From positions 15,461-79,460 of the forward strand of contig JBDHUR010000002.1 in NCBI GenBank assembly GCA_039809265.1: a stretch of 64,000 bases of DNA, read 5' to 3'. The notes beneath the pieces are model-generated. The model did not search any database and was not told the DNA's origin. It saw only the letters and a program-made list of their open reading frames with translations. Position numbers and translations under genes: made by a program. The stretch comes from Minisyncoccia bacterium. Its GTDB lineage: Bacteria; Patescibacteriota; Minisyncoccia; Phycocordibacterales; UBA9973. Below, in pieces: positions 50,845 to 62,100 of the stretch; position 1 is the first letter of the stretch; each line of letters begins with the position of its first letter.

Positions 50845-50946
50845 CTTTTTTAGTAAACATCAAATTTAAACACTTAGAAGATTTAAAAGTGGTTCAATGA
50901 ACCACTTTTTTTATTTACTAAAATGTCGTACAATATATTGATATTT

Positions 50947-53058
50947 ATGCCACTTTTTAAGCTGACAAGTGAATATAAGCCTTCCGGCGACCAGCCGAAA
51001 GCTATAAAAAGTCTTTTGTCTGGACTGGAAAAGAGTATAAAAAAGCAAACTTTGCTTGGTGCCACCGGCACGGGGAAAACTTTTACTATCGCAAATGTCA
51101 TTGCAAAACATGGCAAGCCGACCTTGGTGATAGCTCACAACAAAACTTTGGCAGCACAGCTGGCGCAGGAATATAGAGAATTTTTCCCTGGCCACGCTGT
51201 GCATTACTTTGTATCTTACTATGACTACTACCAGCCAGAGGCCTATATGCCTACAACAGACACTTATATAGAAAAAGACGCGCAGATAAACAAGGAAATA
51301 GACCGGCTTCGCCATGCTTCTACACAAAGTTTACTAACAAGAAAAGATGTTATTATTGTTGCATCAGTATCTTGTATCTACGGTCTTGGCTCACCAGAAG
51401 AGTATAAAGAAGAACACTTGGAGCTGAAGCGCGGGATGAAAATAGATCGCGCAGATCTTTTGGCAAATCTTGTTTCTATACACTTTACTCGCACCAATGC
51501 TGACCTTTCTTCTGGGCAGTTTCGTGCTTTGGGCAACAGGGTAGAGATAATGCCGGTTTCGGAGACTTACTCGCTTTCAGTAGAAATATCTGGTGGGAAA
51601 ATATTGCAGATATTAAAGATTGATCCTGTTACTTCAAAAATATTGGAAGAACCGAGTGAAATATTTTTGTTTCCGGCAAAACATTTCTTGACCAACAGTT
51701 CAAAAAAAGAAAAAGCCCTGAAAGATATAAAAAAAGAGCTTGATACGCAGCTTAAGGTATTTGAAAAAGAGGGTAAGCTGCTGGAAGCAGAGCGTTTGAA
51801 GCGGCGCACCAGCTACGATCTTGCCATGATTCGCGAGGTCGGATATTGCAGCGGTATAGAAAATTATTCACGGCATTTATCTGGGAAAAAAGCAGGTGAG
51901 CCGCCGGAAACCTTGCTTTCATATTTCCCAAAGAAAAAAAATGGCGAGGCTGATTTCCTTGTGGTGATAGACGAATCTCATGTCACGCTTCCGCAATTGC
52001 AGGGTATGTACGCTGGCGATGCTTCGCGCAAAAATACTCTGGTAGAGTTTGGTTTCCGTTTGCCTAGTGCAAAGGACAACCGACCACTTAAGTTTGGAGA
52101 ATTTGAGGAACGCATAGGTCAAGTTATCTATACTTCTGCGACCCCGGGAGATTTTGAAAGAGAGAATTCGGCGCAGATCGTGGAGCAGATCATCCGCCCG
52201 ACTGGGCTGGTAGATCCTGAGATAATTTTGCGCAAAGTTGTAGCCAAAGACAAATACCCTGGACAAGTGCAAGACTTCATATTGGAAGCGGAAAAAGTCA
52301 TCAGCTCCGGCGCGCGTGTGCTTGCTACAACTTTGACTAAAAAGATGGCGGAAGACCTTGCGGAATATCTGAAAGAGCGTGGTATAAAGTCTGAATATTT
52401 GCACAGCGATATAAAAACTATAGACCGTATAAAAATTTTGACCTCATTCCGCAAGGGCGAAACTGACATACTGGTCGGAGTGAACTTGCTGCGAGAAGGT
52501 CTGGACTTGCCGGAAGTGGAACTTATTGGTATTTTAGATGCTGACAAAGAAGGTTTTTTGCGCAGCGAAACGGCTTTGATACAAACCATAGGCCGCGCCG
52601 CCCGCAATGCAAAAGGCAGAGTCATCTTGTATGCAGACAATATGACTGGCTCCATGGAACGTGCTATCGGGGAAACAAACCGTCGCCGTAGCTTGCAGAT
52701 GGAGTACAATAAAAAGCACGGCATAACGCCGAAAACTATAAAGAAACAAATAAAAGACATAACAGAACAAATGGAATCCGAGCATGCTAAAGCTGTAAAT
52801 GCTGAGCTAAATCTCGATGTAGAAATATTTGAACGCGCATCCAAAGCTCTTTCCAAAAAGGAAGAAAAAAAGCTAAATAGACTTAGCGATGAAGAACGTG
52901 TAAATACTGTCTATAAAAAGATAATTAAGTTGAAAGAAAAAGAAATGTCATCTGCTGTGAAAGAGCTGGACTTTGAAACAGCAGCTATATTGCGTGACGA
53001 AATAACAGTTTTGAAGAAGAAGATGGATAGTGCTATACTCACTGACACAAGCGAATGA
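50947..53058 (+). CDS. uvrB: Excinuclease ABC subunit B
   Basis: GDQP, GATGTGKT, YYDYYQPEAY, DESH, NLLREGLD, QTIGRAARN. Confidence 0.98.
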   Translation: MPLFKLTSEYKPSGDQPKAIKSLLSGLEKSIKKQTLLGATGTGKTFTIANVIAKHGKPTLVIAHNKTLAAQLAQEYREFFPGHAVHYFVSYYDYYQPEAYMPTTDTYIEKDAQINKEIDRLRHASTQSLLTRKDVIIVASVSCIYGLGSPEEYKEEHLELKRGMKIDRADLLANLVSIHFTRTNADLSSGQFRALGNRVEIMPVSETYSLSVEISGGKILQILKIDPVTSKILEEPSEIFLFPAKHFLTNSSKKEKALKDIKKELDTQLKVFEKEGKLLEAERLKRRTSYDLAMIREVGYCSGIENYSRHLSGKKAGEPPETLLSYFPKKKNGEADFLVVIDESHVTLPQLQGMYAGDASRKNTLVEFGFRLPSAKDNRPLKFGEFEERIGQVIYTSATPGDFERENSAQIVEQIIRPTGLVDPEIILRKVVAKDKYPGQVQDFILEAEKVISSGARVLATTLTKKMAEDLAEYLKERGIKSEYLHSDIKTIDRIKILTSFRKGETDILVGVNLLREGLDLPEVELIGILDADKEGFLRSETALIQTIGRAARNAKGRVILYADNMTGSMERAIGETNRRRSLQMEYNKKHGITPKTIKKQIKDITEQMESEHAKAVNAELNLDVEIFERASKALSKKEEKKLNRLSDEERVNTVYKKIIKLKEKEMSSAVKELDFETAAILRDEITVLKKKMDSAILTDTSE

Positions 53059-55712
53059 AAAAAGAGGAAAATCAATCAAAAATAATCATAAAAGGCGCTC
53101 GGACACACAATTTGAAGAACATAGATGTAGAGATGCCGCGCAATAAAATGATAGCTATCACAGGGCTTTCTGGTTCGGGGAAGTCTTCTTTGGCTTTTGA
53201 TACTATTTTTGCCGAAGGCCAGCGAAGGTATGTGGAGTCTCTGTCTTCTTATGCTAGGCAATTTTTGAAGCAAATGAGCAAGCCGGAAGTAGACGAGATA
53301 TCTGGTCTTTCCCCGGCTATTTCCATTGACCAAAAATCACGCTCAAATAACCCGCGTTCTACTGTAGCAACTATAACAGAGATATATGACTACTTGCGAG
53401 TTTTGTATGCACGCGTTGGTCGTCCGTATTGCCCAGAGTGTGGTGAAGAGATAAAGAAACTTTCTAACGAAGAGATTTTGAATTTTGTGTTGGAAAATAT
53501 AAGTTCGCTCCGTTCGGTGAAGGCTTCTCCTCGCGCTTCACCCTCTCTCCGGGGGCTCCGACGCGATTCGGATAAGCCTTCACCGAACTCCGCTAAACGC
53601 TCCGTGCTTGGCATAGAATTTGACGAAACACAAATACAGATCTTCTCTCCGGTGGTGCGTGGCAGAAAGGGTGAATATTACCAGCTTTTGTACGATTTGC
53701 TCGGCAAGGGCTATTCTCGCGTACGGCTGGACGGGCAAATGAAGAATTTGCGTGATCGTATAGAGCTTTTTAAAAATAAAAACCACAACATAGATGTGCT
53801 AGTAGACGAGTTTGCGTTGCATGAATTTTCTGACAATGAGGCTGACGCGCGCATGCGATTGGCAGAGGCGATAGAGCGCGCACTTGCCGAGTCAGACGGA
53901 CTTGTTTCCATTAAAATATCCGAAGATGAAAGCTTGCTTTCTGCAAAGTTCTCGTGCCCAAACGACGGATTTTCTTTCCCGGAAGTAGAGCCGAGACTTT
54001 TTTCTTTCAACTCTCCATACGGAGCTTGTCCAGAATGCAACGGCTTGGGCAGTAAGTACTTTATGGGCACAGAACCTTGCGATGTCTGCGGCGGCAAGCG
54101 TCTGCGCAAAGAAGCTTTACATGTTTACCTCGGTCATGGCAAGACGAATATAGTTGATCTTACTTCGCTTTCTATTCAAGATGCTGCGAACTTTTTTGTT
54201 GAATTGAAACTTTCTGCAAAAGAAAAAGAAATATCAAAGCCAGTTATACGCGAGATAGAAGATAGGTTACAATTTATGCTGAATGTCGGTTTGGAATACT
54301 TGTCGCTGGATCGCCGCGCGAACACTCTCTCTGGCGGGGAAGCACAGCGTATACGTTTGGCTTCACAGCTCGGCTCGCGTTTAGTGGGCGCGATGTATGT
54401 GCTAGACGAGCCAACTATTGGCTTGCATCAGAGAGATAACGAACGTCTTATCAAAACTTTGGAAGATTTGCGCGATCTTGGCAATACTATCATCGTGGTG
54501 GAGCATGATGAAGATACTATATATGCATCGGACTACTTGGTAGATATCGGACCAAAAGCTGGTGTGCACGGCGGTAGAGTGATAGTGCAGGATTATTTGG
54601 AAAAACTTTTGTCTGCGAAGGCAAATACTTCCAAGTCTCGTACATTGGCATACTTGCGTGAGGAAGAAAAAATCCCTATGCCGGAGAAACGGCGATCTTC
54701 TGATAAAGGCTCTTTAAAGGTTGTTGGTGGCAACGCTTTTAATATAAAAAACTTGAATGCAGAAGTTCCGCTCGGCAAGCTGGTTTGTATAACTGGTGTT
54801 TCCGGATCTGGCAAGTCTTCCTTTATGTACGAGATATTGCACCAAAATCTGCAGGCCAGGTATGAGCGAAAATACAGAAGCGCAAAAGTTTTCAATGCGG
54901 CAAGTTTCTCTGGTACTGAATATTTATCTCGAGCTATACTTATAGACCAGTCACCGATAGGGCGAACACCGCGTTCAAACATCGCGACATATACTGGTTC
55001 ATTCACTTTTATGCGTGATCTTTTTGCAGAGACAGAGGAAGCTCGTGTACGCGGCTGGAAGAGTAACCGGTTTTCTTTCAATGTGAAAGGCGGTCGCTGT
55101 GAAGCTTGCGAAGGAAACGGCGAGATCGCGGTGGAAATGCACTTTTTGCCGACAGTATATGTGACTTGCGATGTCTGCGGCGGTAAGCGCTTTGATAAGG
55201 AAACTTTGAAAGTAAAATATAAGAAAAAGAATATTTACGAAGTATTGGAGATGACTGTAGAGGAAGGACTAAAGTTTTATGAAGATATACCTGCGATATA
55301 TGACAGACTGAAAACTTTGATGGATGTCGGCCTAGGCTATGTGAAGCTTGGTCAGAGTGCGACTACTCTCTCCGGAGGTGAGGCGCAAAGGGTAAAAATA
55401 TCTTCTGAACTATATCGTCCGCATTTAGAAAAGACAATATACCTTTTAGATGAACCGACAGTCGGATTGCACTATGATGATGTGGCGAACTTGATCGGTG
55501 TTTTGAATCGCCTTGTGGAGAAAGGAAATACAGTGCTTGTCATAGAGCACAATATGGACTTGATAAAATGCGCGGACTACTTGCTGGACTTTGGGCCGGA
55601 GGGCGGCACAGGTGGAGGGCACTTGGTAGCAAAAGGTACACCGGAAGAAGTTGCCAACAATTCAAAAAGCTACACCGGAAAATACCTCAAAAAAGTCCTA
55701 AAGCGGAAATAA
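53055..55712 (+). CDS. uvrA: Excinuclease ABC subunit A
   Basis: [27 protein letters not shown] x2, zinc fingers. Confidence 0.98.
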   Translation: MKKEENQSKIIIKGARTHNLKNIDVEMPRNKMIAITGLSGSGKSSLAFDTIFAEGQRRYVESLSSYARQFLKQMSKPEVDEISGLSPAISIDQKSRSNNPRSTVATITEIYDYLRVLYARVGRPYCPECGEEIKKLSNEEILNFVLENISSLRSVKASPRASPSLRGLRRDSDKPSPNSAKRSVLGIEFDETQIQIFSPVVRGRKGEYYQLLYDLLGKGYSRVRLDGQMKNLRDRIELFKNKNHNIDVLVDEFALHEFSDNEADARMRLAEAIERALAESDGLVSIKISEDESLLSAKFSCPNDGFSFPEVEPRLFSFNSPYGACPECNGLGSKYFMGTEPCDVCGGKRLRKEALHVYLGHGKTNIVDLTSLSIQDAANFFVELKLSAKEKEISKPVIREIEDRLQFMLNVGLEYLSLDRRANTLSGGEAQRIRLASQLGSRLVGAMYVLDEPTIGLHQRDNERLIKTLEDLRDLGNTIIVVEHDEDTIYASDYLVDIGPKAGVHGGRVIVQDYLEKLLSAKANTSKSRTLAYLREEEKIPMPEKRRSSDKGSLKVVGGNAFNIKNLNAEVPLGKLVCITGVSGSGKSSFMYEILHQNLQARYERKYRSAKVFNAASFSGTEYLSRAILIDQSPIGRTPRSNIATYTGSFTFMRDLFAETEEARVRGWKSNRFSFNVKGGRCEACEGNGEIAVEMHFLPTVYVTCDVCGGKRFDKETLKVKYKKKNIYEVLEMTVEEGLKFYEDIPAIYDRLKTLMDVGLGYVKLGQSATTLSGGEAQRVKISSELYRPHLEKTIYLLDEPTVGLHYDDVANLIGVLNRLVEKGNTVLVIEHNMDLIKCADYLLDFGPEGGTGGGHLVAKGTPEEVANNSKSYTGKYLKKVLKRK
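53512..53588. repeat. Palindromic element in frame inside uvrA
   Basis: Perfect 15-bp inverted arms GTTCGGTGAAGGCTT / AAGCCTTCACCGAAC. Confidence 0.75.
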
Positions 55713-55728
55713 AAATAAATAAAATGCT

Positions 55729-56979
55729 ATGAAAATATCTGCTTTGAAAAAACTGAATATTCCAGACAAGCCCGGAGTGTACTTTTTTCTAAGCCGCAGG
55801 AAAACACTCTACATAGGCAAGGCTACCAGCCTAAAGAGCCGCGTGCGCAGCTATTTTTCAAAAGATCTGATAAAAACTCGCGGAGCTTCTATTGTAGACA
55901 TGGTTTTTAAGTCGGACAGCTTAAAATTTAAGGAAACAGACTCCGCATTGGAAGCATTACTTTTGGAGGCGGAGCTTATTCGCAAGTACAACCCATATTA
56001 CAATGTAAAGGAAAAAGACGGCAAAAGCCCGCTTGTTGTCGGTATTACAAAAGAAGAATTTCCTCAGGTAATTTCTATACGCAAGAAGGATTTGTCAAAA
56101 AACAAAAAGTCTGCAAAGATTTTGCGCGGTAAACGCGAGGTGAAGTTGCAAGCGGTGTACGGCCCATTTACAAATGGCAGCCTGATCCGTGAAGGATTGC
56201 GTATTGTTCGTAGGATTTTTCCATTCAGAGATGACAGCTCTGCAAAAAAGGATAACTATGAATTTTACCGCCAGCTCGGGCTTACACCCTATATAAAGTC
56301 TGATTCAAAGGCTACTAAAGAATATGCGAAAAATATCCGGAGCATAAAACTGTTGTTCCAAGGCAAAAAGAAAAAAGTGGTGGAAGATTTGCGGAAAGAT
56401 ATGATGCGCTATGCCAAGCATAAAGAGTTTGAGCAGGCAGATAAAGTGAAGAAGACAATTTTTGCGCTGGAGCATATAAACGATGTTGCACTTTTGAAAA
56501 ATGATTTTCTGATGAATGAAAAGTCTATCTTAGATAAATCTCGCATAGAAGGCTACGATGTCGCGCACATGGGAGGCAAAAATACCGTGGGTGTTATGAC
56601 TGTAGTCTCTGCCGGTGAGGTAGACAAAAATGAATACAAAAAGTTTATAATACGTTCGCAGTCCGGACCAAACGACACCGGCTCGCTGGAAGAACTGCTT
56701 TCCCGAAGATTGCGGCATACAGAGTGGGGTTTGCCGGACTTGGTTGTGGTAGACGGAGCATTGGCGCAGATAAATGTTGCAAAGCAGGTACTTGCACGAT
56801 ACCAGCTTGATATACCTATCGTTTCTGTTGTGAAAGATGATCGGCACAAGGCTAAGGAAATACTTGGTGATAAAAAATATGCCGCAGAAAGAAAAAAAGA
56901 AATCCTGCTCGTAAACTCCGAGGCGCACAGGTTTGCCATTGCCTTCCATAAGCAGAAAAGGCGAAAAAGTTTTATATAG
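55729..56979 (+). CDS. uvrC: Excinuclease ABC subunit C (lacks C-terminal HhH)
   Basis: GIY-YIG (PGVY..LYIGKA..RVRSYF), UVR domain, RIEGYDVAH, PDLVVVDG, EAHRFAI. Confidence 0.92.
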   Translation: MKISALKKLNIPDKPGVYFFLSRRKTLYIGKATSLKSRVRSYFSKDLIKTRGASIVDMVFKSDSLKFKETDSALEALLLEAELIRKYNPYYNVKEKDGKSPLVVGITKEEFPQVISIRKKDLSKNKKSAKILRGKREVKLQAVYGPFTNGSLIREGLRIVRRIFPFRDDSSAKKDNYEFYRQLGLTPYIKSDSKATKEYAKNIRSIKLLFQGKKKKVVEDLRKDMMRYAKHKEFEQADKVKKTIFALEHINDVALLKNDFLMNEKSILDKSRIEGYDVAHMGGKNTVGVMTVVSAGEVDKNEYKKFIIRSQSGPNDTGSLEELLSRRLRHTEWGLPDLVVVDGALAQINVAKQVLARYQLDIPIVSVVKDDRHKAKEILGDKKYAAERKKEILLVNSEAHRFAIAFHKQKRRKSFI

Positions 56980-56996
56980 CTATCGCAATTGCACTC

Positions 56997-57101
56997 GCAA
57001 AACTAATACCCTGAAAAGACACGGAATATTTGCCTGCTGGCGAATTTCCTCGTGCTCGCGCCGTCGCGCTGCGCAAGCTCTTTTCCGGGTATTAGTTTTG
57101 C
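56997..57101. mobile_element. MITE/REP-like element with 23-bp terminal inverted repeats
   Basis: GCAAAACTAATACCCTGAAAAGA ... TCTTTTCCGGGTATTAGTTTTGC (1 mismatch), GC-rich core. Confidence 0.5.
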
Positions 57102-57111
57102 TTATTAAATA

Positions 57112-57228
57112 CTATCGTGTCCCAAGCAGTCCAGGCATGTAGAGCAATATCATGCTGACGATGAGTATGATGGATATAACGGCCCATGCGGCCTTGACTT
57201 TGTTACGGTGTTTTGGGTTTAAAAACAT
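57112..57228 (-). CDS. Small single-TM protein (38 aa), absent from ORF track
   Basis: MFLNPKHRNKVKAAWAVISIILIVSMILLYMPGLLGTR*. Confidence 0.6.
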   Translation of the reverse strand: MFLNPKHRNKVKAAWAVISIILIVSMILLYMPGLLGTR

Positions 57229-57272
57229 AAATGTATATAATATATCTGCTAGTAACTAGATATTAGCAGATT

Positions 57273-57683
57273 ATGAGAGAATTTCAAAAGGCGAAGCCAA
57301 AACAAAAACTTTTCCATACGACACCAATGTTGCTCCTTCTGGCTTTGTTTTTACTGTTTTTTATATACAATATATTTGGTTTGATGCGCAAAAATGCTGA
57401 AACGAAAGAGAACAAACTTCGCGCTGCAAAAGAGAATACAGACTTGGTGACACAACAATCCCAGATAAACGCTGACATTGGCGAGCTGGAGACAGATCGT
57501 GGTACAGAGCAGGTGATACGAGAGAAGTTTGGTGTGGTGAAGAACGGCGAAGGTGTGGTAGTCGTGGTAGACGGGGCAGACGAAGAAACGGTTACACCAA
57601 AGCCGAAGGAAAGTGGCGGAATAATAAGATTTTTCAAGAATATCTTCAGCAGTGGGGATCACTCTGGAAGCGGTTTACGGTAA
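57273..57683 (+). CDS. Septum formation initiator (FtsB/DivIC family)
   Basis: TM + coiled coil + EQVIREKFGVVKNGE. Confidence 0.8.
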   Translation: MREFQKAKPKQKLFHTTPMLLLLALFLLFFIYNIFGLMRKNAETKENKLRAAKENTDLVTQQSQINADIGELETDRGTEQVIREKFGVVKNGEGVVVVVDGADEETVTPKPKESGGIIRFFKNIFSSGDHSGSGLR

Positions 57684-57735
57684 AGCTTGGCTTGTATGCT
57701 ATAATACAAGTATAGAAGTAATATATTAAATTTTT

Positions 57736-57978
57736 ATGCAAAAGGAAGTCGCAATATATACAACGCCAGTCTGCACTTATTGCAAGATGGCAAAAGAGTT
57801 TTTCAAAGACAATGGCATTGCTTATGCTGAGTATAATGTGGCCACAGATGTAGATCGCCGCACAGAGATGGTGAACATAAGTGGACAGATGGGTGTGCCT
57901 GTTATAACTATAGGTAACGACCTTATAGTTGGCTTCAATAAGCCAAAGATTGCTGAGCTGCTGGGTATAAAACTTTAA
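57736..57978 (+). CDS. Glutaredoxin-like (NrdH-redoxin family) protein
   Basis: YTTPVCTYC, GQMGVPV, IVGFN. Confidence 0.9.
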   Translation: MQKEVAIYTTPVCTYCKMAKEFFKDNGIAYAEYNVATDVDRRTEMVNISGQMGVPVITIGNDLIVGFNKPKIAELLGIKL

Positions 57979-57982
57979 AAAG

Positions 57983-58027
57983 AACAGCCCAGCAAAAAGC
58001 GCCGCTGGCGCTTTTTGCTGGGCTGTT
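57983..58027. terminator. Long symmetric hairpin terminator
   Basis: aacagcccagcaaaaagcgcc-gct-ggcgctttttgctgggctgtt. Confidence 0.7.
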
Positions 58028-58048
58028 TCCGTGTTAAAGTGTCCACAC

Positions 58049-58123
58049 GCCTCCGTAGTTCAATGGATAGAACAGCCCCGTCCTAAGGGGTAGATGCACG
58101 TTCGATTCGTACCGGAGGCACCA
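58049..58123 (+). tRNA. tRNA-Arg(CCT)
   Basis: GCCTCCG...CGGAGGC-A-CCA, loop GTCCTAA, TTCGATT. Confidence 0.92.
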
Positions 58124-58188
58124 AGTTTAGTATATATTGACATAAAACTTTTTATATGCTACCATGTGAAAAATAAAAATCTAATAAT

Positions 58189-58978
58189 ATGGTAAAATTA
58201 AAAAATCTTTGGTCTTTTTTCTTCAAAAAAAAAAGAAATACAACAAGGGACATGGCTTGGTGGAGAACCAGCCCTGACGCCAGAACAGTCTAAAAAATTT
58301 AAGTTGGATGAAAAGTTAAGTGAATTTGGTTACAACTATTTACGCAAACTGTTCCCGTCTGTAGATCTTGTGTATGCATTTTTGCGTATGCAGGCTATGA
58401 CGATGCCCACAACCAAGGCACTAAACAGCAAACGATTAATTGTACAGGAGATAACTCTCAAAAAGTATCTAAAGGGTATTGAAGATTTGCGGGTTGTGTA
58501 TGTTGGGTCTGCCGTCGACATCGAATACCCGTTACTCCTGGGTGCTAGAAAAATAACAATGGTTGACCCTTCGTATAAAGATGAAAAGAATGTTCAATAC
58601 ATAGCGGATAGACTAAACAATATGCGTCCCGTGATGCGAAATGTAGATATCAGAGGATACTATATGAATTTTTCTTTCAACTTTACTGGCGGGATACAAA
58701 ATGAAAGGGTCTCTGTAACATTTGAGCCAAAATATGTAGAAATAGGCGAATACCAATTCTACCGATATAGATATGAGATGTACAAACCGTCAGAGCCCAT
58801 AGGTCTACTCCTCTCCTTTGCTTCAGGTGGCAGTTTGTTTGACTCCGTTGAATTACTAGATGCTGTATCTGTGGGCGGATATATTTTAAGTGATTTTTCT
58901 AGACACGAAGGCAAGGATACAACTGGATTTTCTCTTATTGCATCAGATGCAAATTTTGCGTTGTATCAAAAAGTGTAA
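58189..58978 (+). CDS. Hypothetical protein (possibly methyltransferase-like), frameshifted at an A10 tract
   Basis: VVYVGSAVD...ITMVDP; ATG 58189 joins the 58304 frame if A10 (58225-58234) were A9. Confidence 0.55.
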
Positions 58979-59044
58979 AACACATAGCCTTGCCCTCTGC
59001 AGTGTAAGGCTATTTTATTTTGGTTAAACTGTGTTAAAAACACA

Positions 59045-59070
59045 AACCCCGCTTGTACGAGCGGGGTTTT
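59045..59070. terminator. Intrinsic terminator
   Basis: aaaccccgct-tgtacg-agcggggttt. Confidence 0.65.
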
Positions 59071-59174
59071 TCTTTTCCACACAAAAGCTTTCGGCTGAGA
59101 GGTTTTTCGGGGTATAATTGGAGTAGAATTTTCTTTGTTTATTTGTGGGTTTTGCTTGGTTCTTACTTCAATCT

Positions 59175-62100
59175 ATGAGTTTTTTATTTTCACATATCCG
59201 TAGATTTTTTCATACAAATACTGCAAAGCAGGGAGTGCAGATTTTCCAAAACGGCGCGCTTATAGCGTTCGTGTTTTTCCAAGTTGCAGGAGCTTTTACC
59301 GCATTTGGTTCCTATGTTCAAAATGACAATAGTGGTTATTTTTTGGTGGACTTTAATAATGACCAGCAAGGTATAGTATCAGATGGAGCACCGAAGCGAG
59401 AAAATATAGAGATAGATACGATACTTGGTGTTGCTGGCGTAGCTACTGGCTATTCTTCGGGTTATTTTACTACAGCAGATATTCATCCAAACTCTTTCAC
59501 AAAATGGAATAAGGTTGAGTTAACTGCAAATTATTCAAATCCAAGCGATGTGCAGATAAGTTTATACGAATGTAATTCTACCCCGATGCCTATCTCCGGT
59601 TTCCAAAATCTCACACTTTCCGGCGGTATGTATGATATAAGCTCACTTTCACCAGCAACCTACCCATGTATTGCCGTGCGTGTAGATATGACAAGTGGCA
59701 CGGTGTCTCCGACAGTGGACTCTTTGCGTGTCAGCTGGGATCCTTTGCCAGCGTACCTGCTTGCGGTTTCTGTACCGACAAGTGTTCCTGCAGGGTCAGT
59801 TCTTGATGCAAATGTGAATTATTCTGTCTCATATGTAAACGATGTAAACACTGTTGTTTGGACTACTTTGCCATCAGTAATGTCCGGCACTTACAACCCG
59901 CTTTACAATCAAAACCCCGAACTGACTTTTGTTTCTGCAAGTAATGGCGGACAATACACTGTCTCCGGAATAACTATAAATGGCATTACTGTGCCTGCAA
60001 AAAGTATTTATTGGGATTTAGGCAATGTGAATGCGGGGCAGTCCGGTACTCTCAACTTCAAGCTGCAGACTGGCAATGGCTGGCAGAATGGTATGAAGTT
60101 TGGTTTTAGCGCAAGCATAGACTCTTTGAAGGGTAACCAGTACAACGCCGATGCCGACCAGTCTACGACAGGAATACAGACTTACAATGCAACCATTACA
60201 TCTGCTCCAAGCCCAGAATTTATAAAATCTGTTTCTGGTACAGCCAAGATTGGCAACACTGACTATGTGGTTTCTGGCGGTTCTTACACGCCAATCGTAA
60301 CTTATAGTCTGACTTTGAAAAATGTTTTCAACGCTACTGGCAGAGAGACGATATTCAACCCAGTTATCACGGATGATGTTTCAGATATTTTATCCAAACT
60401 AAACTCTGTGTGTTCTGTATCTGTGCCTTCTTCTCGCATTTCTCCGCTTGGCGGCGGGACACTTGCCGGCAACACCATTACTTGGGATGCAACTTCTGGT
60501 GATATCACAAACATTTTGCCCGGAAGCTCAGCAGCTGTTTCCTATACAGTAGATTATACAGGCTGTCCAAATGGGGCGACTTTGTATGAGAATAGCGCTT
60601 CAGCTTTTTCAGACAATATGTCAAATGTTAATGCCGAGCATTCTGTAGTTGTTGGTGTGGACACAACACCACGCGGAAATTTTGCAAAAGGAGACAAAGT
60701 AAAAGGCAACTCTGGCGTCCAAGGAAATACGGATGACAATCCAACTGCCTTACAAACCTACGGCGACAATTTTTCTTACCTTCTACAAATGGTAAACACG
60801 GGCATGGTGGCAGGCGGAGACTATGTAGCTACGGACAGGGTGCCAGATGGTCTTACATTTATTAGCGCGACTATTCCGACAAATGCAGGAGGTACTGTAT
60901 ACTACAATACTTCTACAGCTGGTACAGCACCAACATACAGCGTGTCTCCTGGTGTAGGTATTTCTGGTGGTGGCTGGACTTCTACAGCTCCAGTAGATCC
61001 TTCTACCGTGAAGTGGGTGGCTACATATGTTCCGTGTCTGAATTCTCCATTTTTCCCAGCTCCCGCAACAAACTCCGCGTGTTATAACAAGCCTTCCCAG
61101 GTTGTTTCTGAAATCCAAGTTTCTATAAATACTGTTTCAGATATTTGTTTAGATACAAATATCAGCAACACCGCGGACTTCAAAGTCTATGCTGCATCTA
61201 CAAGTATAGAGAACAAAGTCCTCACTCCTTCTGGTACAAGCCTTATGTCTGCGACCGACACAGAGCAAACACACGTTACGCCTTCACTTGCAGCTTTCAA
61301 TATAAACTCAAACATCTCTGGTCCAACTGCGACCATGGTGGGGCAGACAGTTACATATAGTATAAATGTTTCCAACACAGGCATAGACGCAGCGCAGGCT
61401 ACAACAGTGACGATACCTACTCCACAGATAAACGTGAACGGAGTACCGACGTATCTTTCTTTTGTGCAAGCACTTGGTGGAGCAGTAAATACTGGCTCGT
61501 TGCCAACTTCTGTTTCTGTCGGGCTTGGTACTATGAATGTAGGTGCTACGAAAACTGTAACAATAAGCTATAGCATACCGTCCGGAGTGAAGAATAATGA
61601 CAATTTTACTTTGAATGCAAATATTTCTGCTACAGACGACAATAACTGCCGTCCAATAAATGCTTCTGTCAGCCATACAACCTCTGTATCTTCGCGTCCA
61701 GAGTTGCAGACATTTAAGAATGCAGAAGAATCTGTGGTTTCTGGCGGACAGGATATACATTACGATATTACTTTCAGAAATACTGGCAATGCACCTACAT
61801 CGGGTACATATATAGTAGATCGCATTCCCGCTAAAACTATTTTCAAAGAAGCGTATACAAGCGGCACGAACAGCAATACCGTAGCATTTTCTTGCACAGG
61901 TTGCCGTGTATATTTCTCTAGTTCTACATCCTTGCCGCCTACACTCTCTGTTGTGCAGCCGCTAAATGGCGCAATGATAAACAGCTATTTCAGCTTGGGT
62001 ACAGAAGTGAGTACTGGACTGTGGGCGCCGGTCGGCATGACGGCAAGCCAAGTCCGTTGGGTGGCGTGGCTCTTGGACGATACTACAAGCACAAACATTT

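Noticed and set aside
58075-58112. tRNA-Arg as a pseudogene (G32, C-A mismatch in T stem)
   Set aside because: The rest of the cloverleaf and encoded CCA are intact; deviations are minor
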